NCBI RefSeq assembly: GCF_963921235.1
Contig: NC_086108.1
Coordinates: forward strand, 83,144,001-83,208,000
From: Mobula hypostoma
Lineage: Eukaryota
Reading direction: 5' to 3'
Length of the DNA stretch: 64,000 nucleotides
Below the pieces are notes generated by a model that saw nothing but the letters and a program-made list of their open reading frames with translations, had not been told where the DNA came from and searched no databases. Numbering within the stretch: position 1 is the stretch's first letter; every line of letters begins with the position of its first letter. Both the position numbers and the translations under genes were made by a program. Below are positions 61,325-64,000 of the stretch, one piece after another.

Positions 61325-62189
61325 AAAAGGAGAAATGAAAAACTTACTCAAAGCAGTATCACAGCCACATAGCAACATTCACAAGAAAATCATAAATTGA
61401 ACATAAAATAATCCACAGTTGTTTGTCTGCAGTCCCCACTTCAATTGACCCTACCTAGTGCTAACACACCACATGGAGAGTTAACTCCTGCAGCTGCAGT
61501 ACCTTCAGGCGTTTAGTTTGGGTGTACGTCTAAAGCTCTCCTGCAGTTATGAAGAATAGTCTTCTTTGCCCATTTAACCTCACCATGTTCTGTTATTAAA
61601 TTTTGTTACAGCTTGCAAATAGGCTTTGGAGAACCTTTGAATGTCCTACGTTTTACCACTTAGCAGTTTCTCGGAGGATAAAGTGTGTGCCGTGTCTTAT
61701 TCTCATGCTAAATATCCATATTAAAAAAATAAAGAAGCCTTTGCATTTGCTTGATTTGAATGAGTCTGGTAACATTGATAAAAGTTCCTGGCGTACTGAA
61801 TTTTTTATTTGTTTATGTTACTCTGTCTGGCAGCAACTTGAGATGCTTCGGGTAAGAGGTGTCACGACTATGAGGAGTAAGTCTCTCTGAAGCAAAAATG
61901 TTAAATTGCCTTGTATATCTCTCTCAGAGTAACAATTCATGCTCTATCGAAAACAAAGCCATTGTACCTCCTCGCTATCTACATAAGGGATAATCTGTCA
62001 GCAGAATTGGTTTCTTTGATTCCTGGGTTAAATGGCGACACTCTAGAAATTCAGCTGGTTGTTTCCACTAGCAAATTGAGGTCAGGAAGATATAATTGCC
62101 ATGCAGCATATTGTAAACATAAGAGGAAAGGCAGATTCTTGAGCTAAGGGAGTGGTGGTAGGGGCAACAGGTGTGTGGAAGGTGGAGCC

Positions 62190-63020
62190 GTTTATCACTA
62201 CTCTGTCCTTACCAACTAACCTGCTATAGAGATGGTCAACAGTTCTTAAAAATCCATATTACTAGCAACCTCACCAGATCTCTCCATACCAATTCTGTGA
62301 TCAAGATCTCCTATCGGCACATGTACATTCTTAAGCATATGAGAAAGTTTGGCTTTCCCACAGGACCGTCTTGAACTTCTACACATGTGCCTGATAGGGT
62401 GCATTTTGGCCTGGTATAGCAACTGCTCTGCTTGGGAGCAATGCGAACTGCAGAGAGTGATGAACAGTGCCCTCTCCATCACAGGCTCACCACTTCCCTT
62501 CATTCAGTCCATCTTCACACTGCAATGCTTCAGGAAGGGTAATAACACCAATTCCTTTTCTTCTGACAGAGATGGTGCTCGGTACTCGGTGTCGGAGGGC
62601 TGGTCGGAGGCTCAAAGTTTTCAGACAACTCGGAGTCAGACTGTGGTTGGGCATGGCAGGGAGAGTTTTCTTCCTTCTCCCGTCTGCGTGAGATGTGAGA
62701 TTTTTGAGAGACTTTGAACTTTTTTTACTGTGCCTATGGCCTGTTCTTCATCAAGTTATGGTATTGCTTGCACTGTTGTAACTATATGTTATAATTATGT
62801 GTTTTTTGTTAGTTTTTCAGTCTTGGTCTGTCCTGTGTTTCTGTGATATCACACCAGAGGAATATTGTATCATTTCTTAATGCATGCATTACTAAATGAC
62901 AATAAAAGAGGACTGCGTGTCCTTGTAATCTAATAATCTAATCCAATCCTTCTGGGAGAAGGTATATGATCTTGCAAGCCTGAACAACCAGACTCAGGAA
63001 CAGCTTTTTCCTACTGTTGT
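62190..63020 (+). mobile_element. Degenerate Rex1-type fragment, interrupted at 62565-62946
   Basis: IGCILAWYSNC...LQRVMNSA; RLRNSFF after the insert. Confidence 0.65.
62565..62946 (+). mobile_element. Non-autonomous retroposon, copy 4 (5'-truncated), (AATCT)n tail
   Basis: Matches the 3' two-thirds of 19324-19926. Confidence 0.8.
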
Positions 63021-63404
63021 TAGATGTTGACCCACTTTGTCCATGGTCACTAATGCCAATGAATCTCTCTGCATTCATGCTATTTTAACCATCTGCCTTA
63101 GATTTCCTTGTACCTGGCCCAGGCCAGATTTAGAAGGCACATTATTTTATAACAATGGGCCATTTAAATATCCATATATCTAAATGCTGCCCTGTGCAAC
63201 CAGAGGTGTCACTTTATGTAAGTTATAGCATCATTTAAAAGTTTGGGAGCTTCCTGCCCACCCTGTAATATGGGTTGTACATACAGATTCCCAGCTTGTG
63301 CTCTTCCTTCTCTCCAGTGCATTAACATCCTTGCTACTTGTCCCTGTATGTTTTCACTTAAATTTAATTGATCACATCATTTTGAATTTAACCTGTAATC
63401 CACA

Positions 63405-63920
63405 ATCAGAATCAGGTTTAATTTCATCAGCATCTGTCATGAAATTTGTTAACTTTAGAGGCAGCGGTACAATGCAAGACATGATAAATATGGAAATAAA
63501 TAAATAAATAACAGTAAATATATATCAGATGGTTAAATTGAAAATAGTGCAAAAACAGGAAAAAAAAAGTGAGGCATTGCTCATGGGTTCAATGTCCATG
63601 TTGGAATCGGATGGCAGAGGGAAAGAAGCTGTTCCTGAATCACTGAGTGTGTGCCTTCAGGCTTCTGTACCTCCTACCTGATGGTAGCAATGAGAAGAGG
63701 GCATGTCCTGGGTGATGAGGGTCCTTAATAATGGACGCCGCCTTTCTGAGGCACTGCTCCTTGACGATATCTTGTACACTACAGAGTTAGCACCCATGAT
63801 GGAGCTGACTAATTTTACAACTTTCTGTAGCTTCTTTCGATCCTGTGCACTAGCGCCCCCCCCACCCCTCCCCTCCATACCAGACGGTGATGCAGCCTGT
63901 CAGAATGCTCTCTACGGTAC
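63405..63920 (-). mobile_element. Rex1-type 3' fragment
   Basis: QDRKKLQKVVKLVSSIMG; (ATCAGA) tail at ~63405. Confidence 0.75.
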
Positions 63921-64000
63921 AGCTATAATTGTAGATGTAGATCCAGATGTTTCATATACCCTTATGAGGCTTGCTCCTAGAGCAAACATCTATGAATAAT

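Overview
Eukaryotic, repeat-rich vertebrate DNA. The repeat landscape (many CR1 subfamilies, tRNA/V-domain SINEs with CR1-like tails, Penelope-like elements, Rex1/Babar, L1) resembles a cartilaginous fish such as a ray or shark; this is inference. Nearly all long ORFs in the supplied track come from retroelements. Four results stand out. (1) A spliced host gene on the minus strand that the ORF track does not assemble: three phase-1 GT-AG exons (30456-30603, 14625-14693, 1731-1802) join into an open frame of about 96 aa encoding a probable two-transmembrane N-terminus that I cannot name. (2) Penelope-derived terminal repeats carrying minimal hammerhead ribozyme motifs, including a young, near-perfect ~250-bp palindromic mini-element with a 14-bp target-site duplication (TSD). 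(3) A young L1 with an uninterrupted ~840-aa ORF2 segment, inserted in frame into a Penelope RT. (4) Many nested insertions: a solo-LTR candidate in CR1, a hAT MITE in a Tc1 element, CR1 in CR1/Rex1/SINE, and a tRNA-less non-autonomous retroposon family. I see no rRNA, functional tRNA or CRISPR array. Boundaries of degenerate repeats are approximate, and family names come from motif recognition, not database searches.
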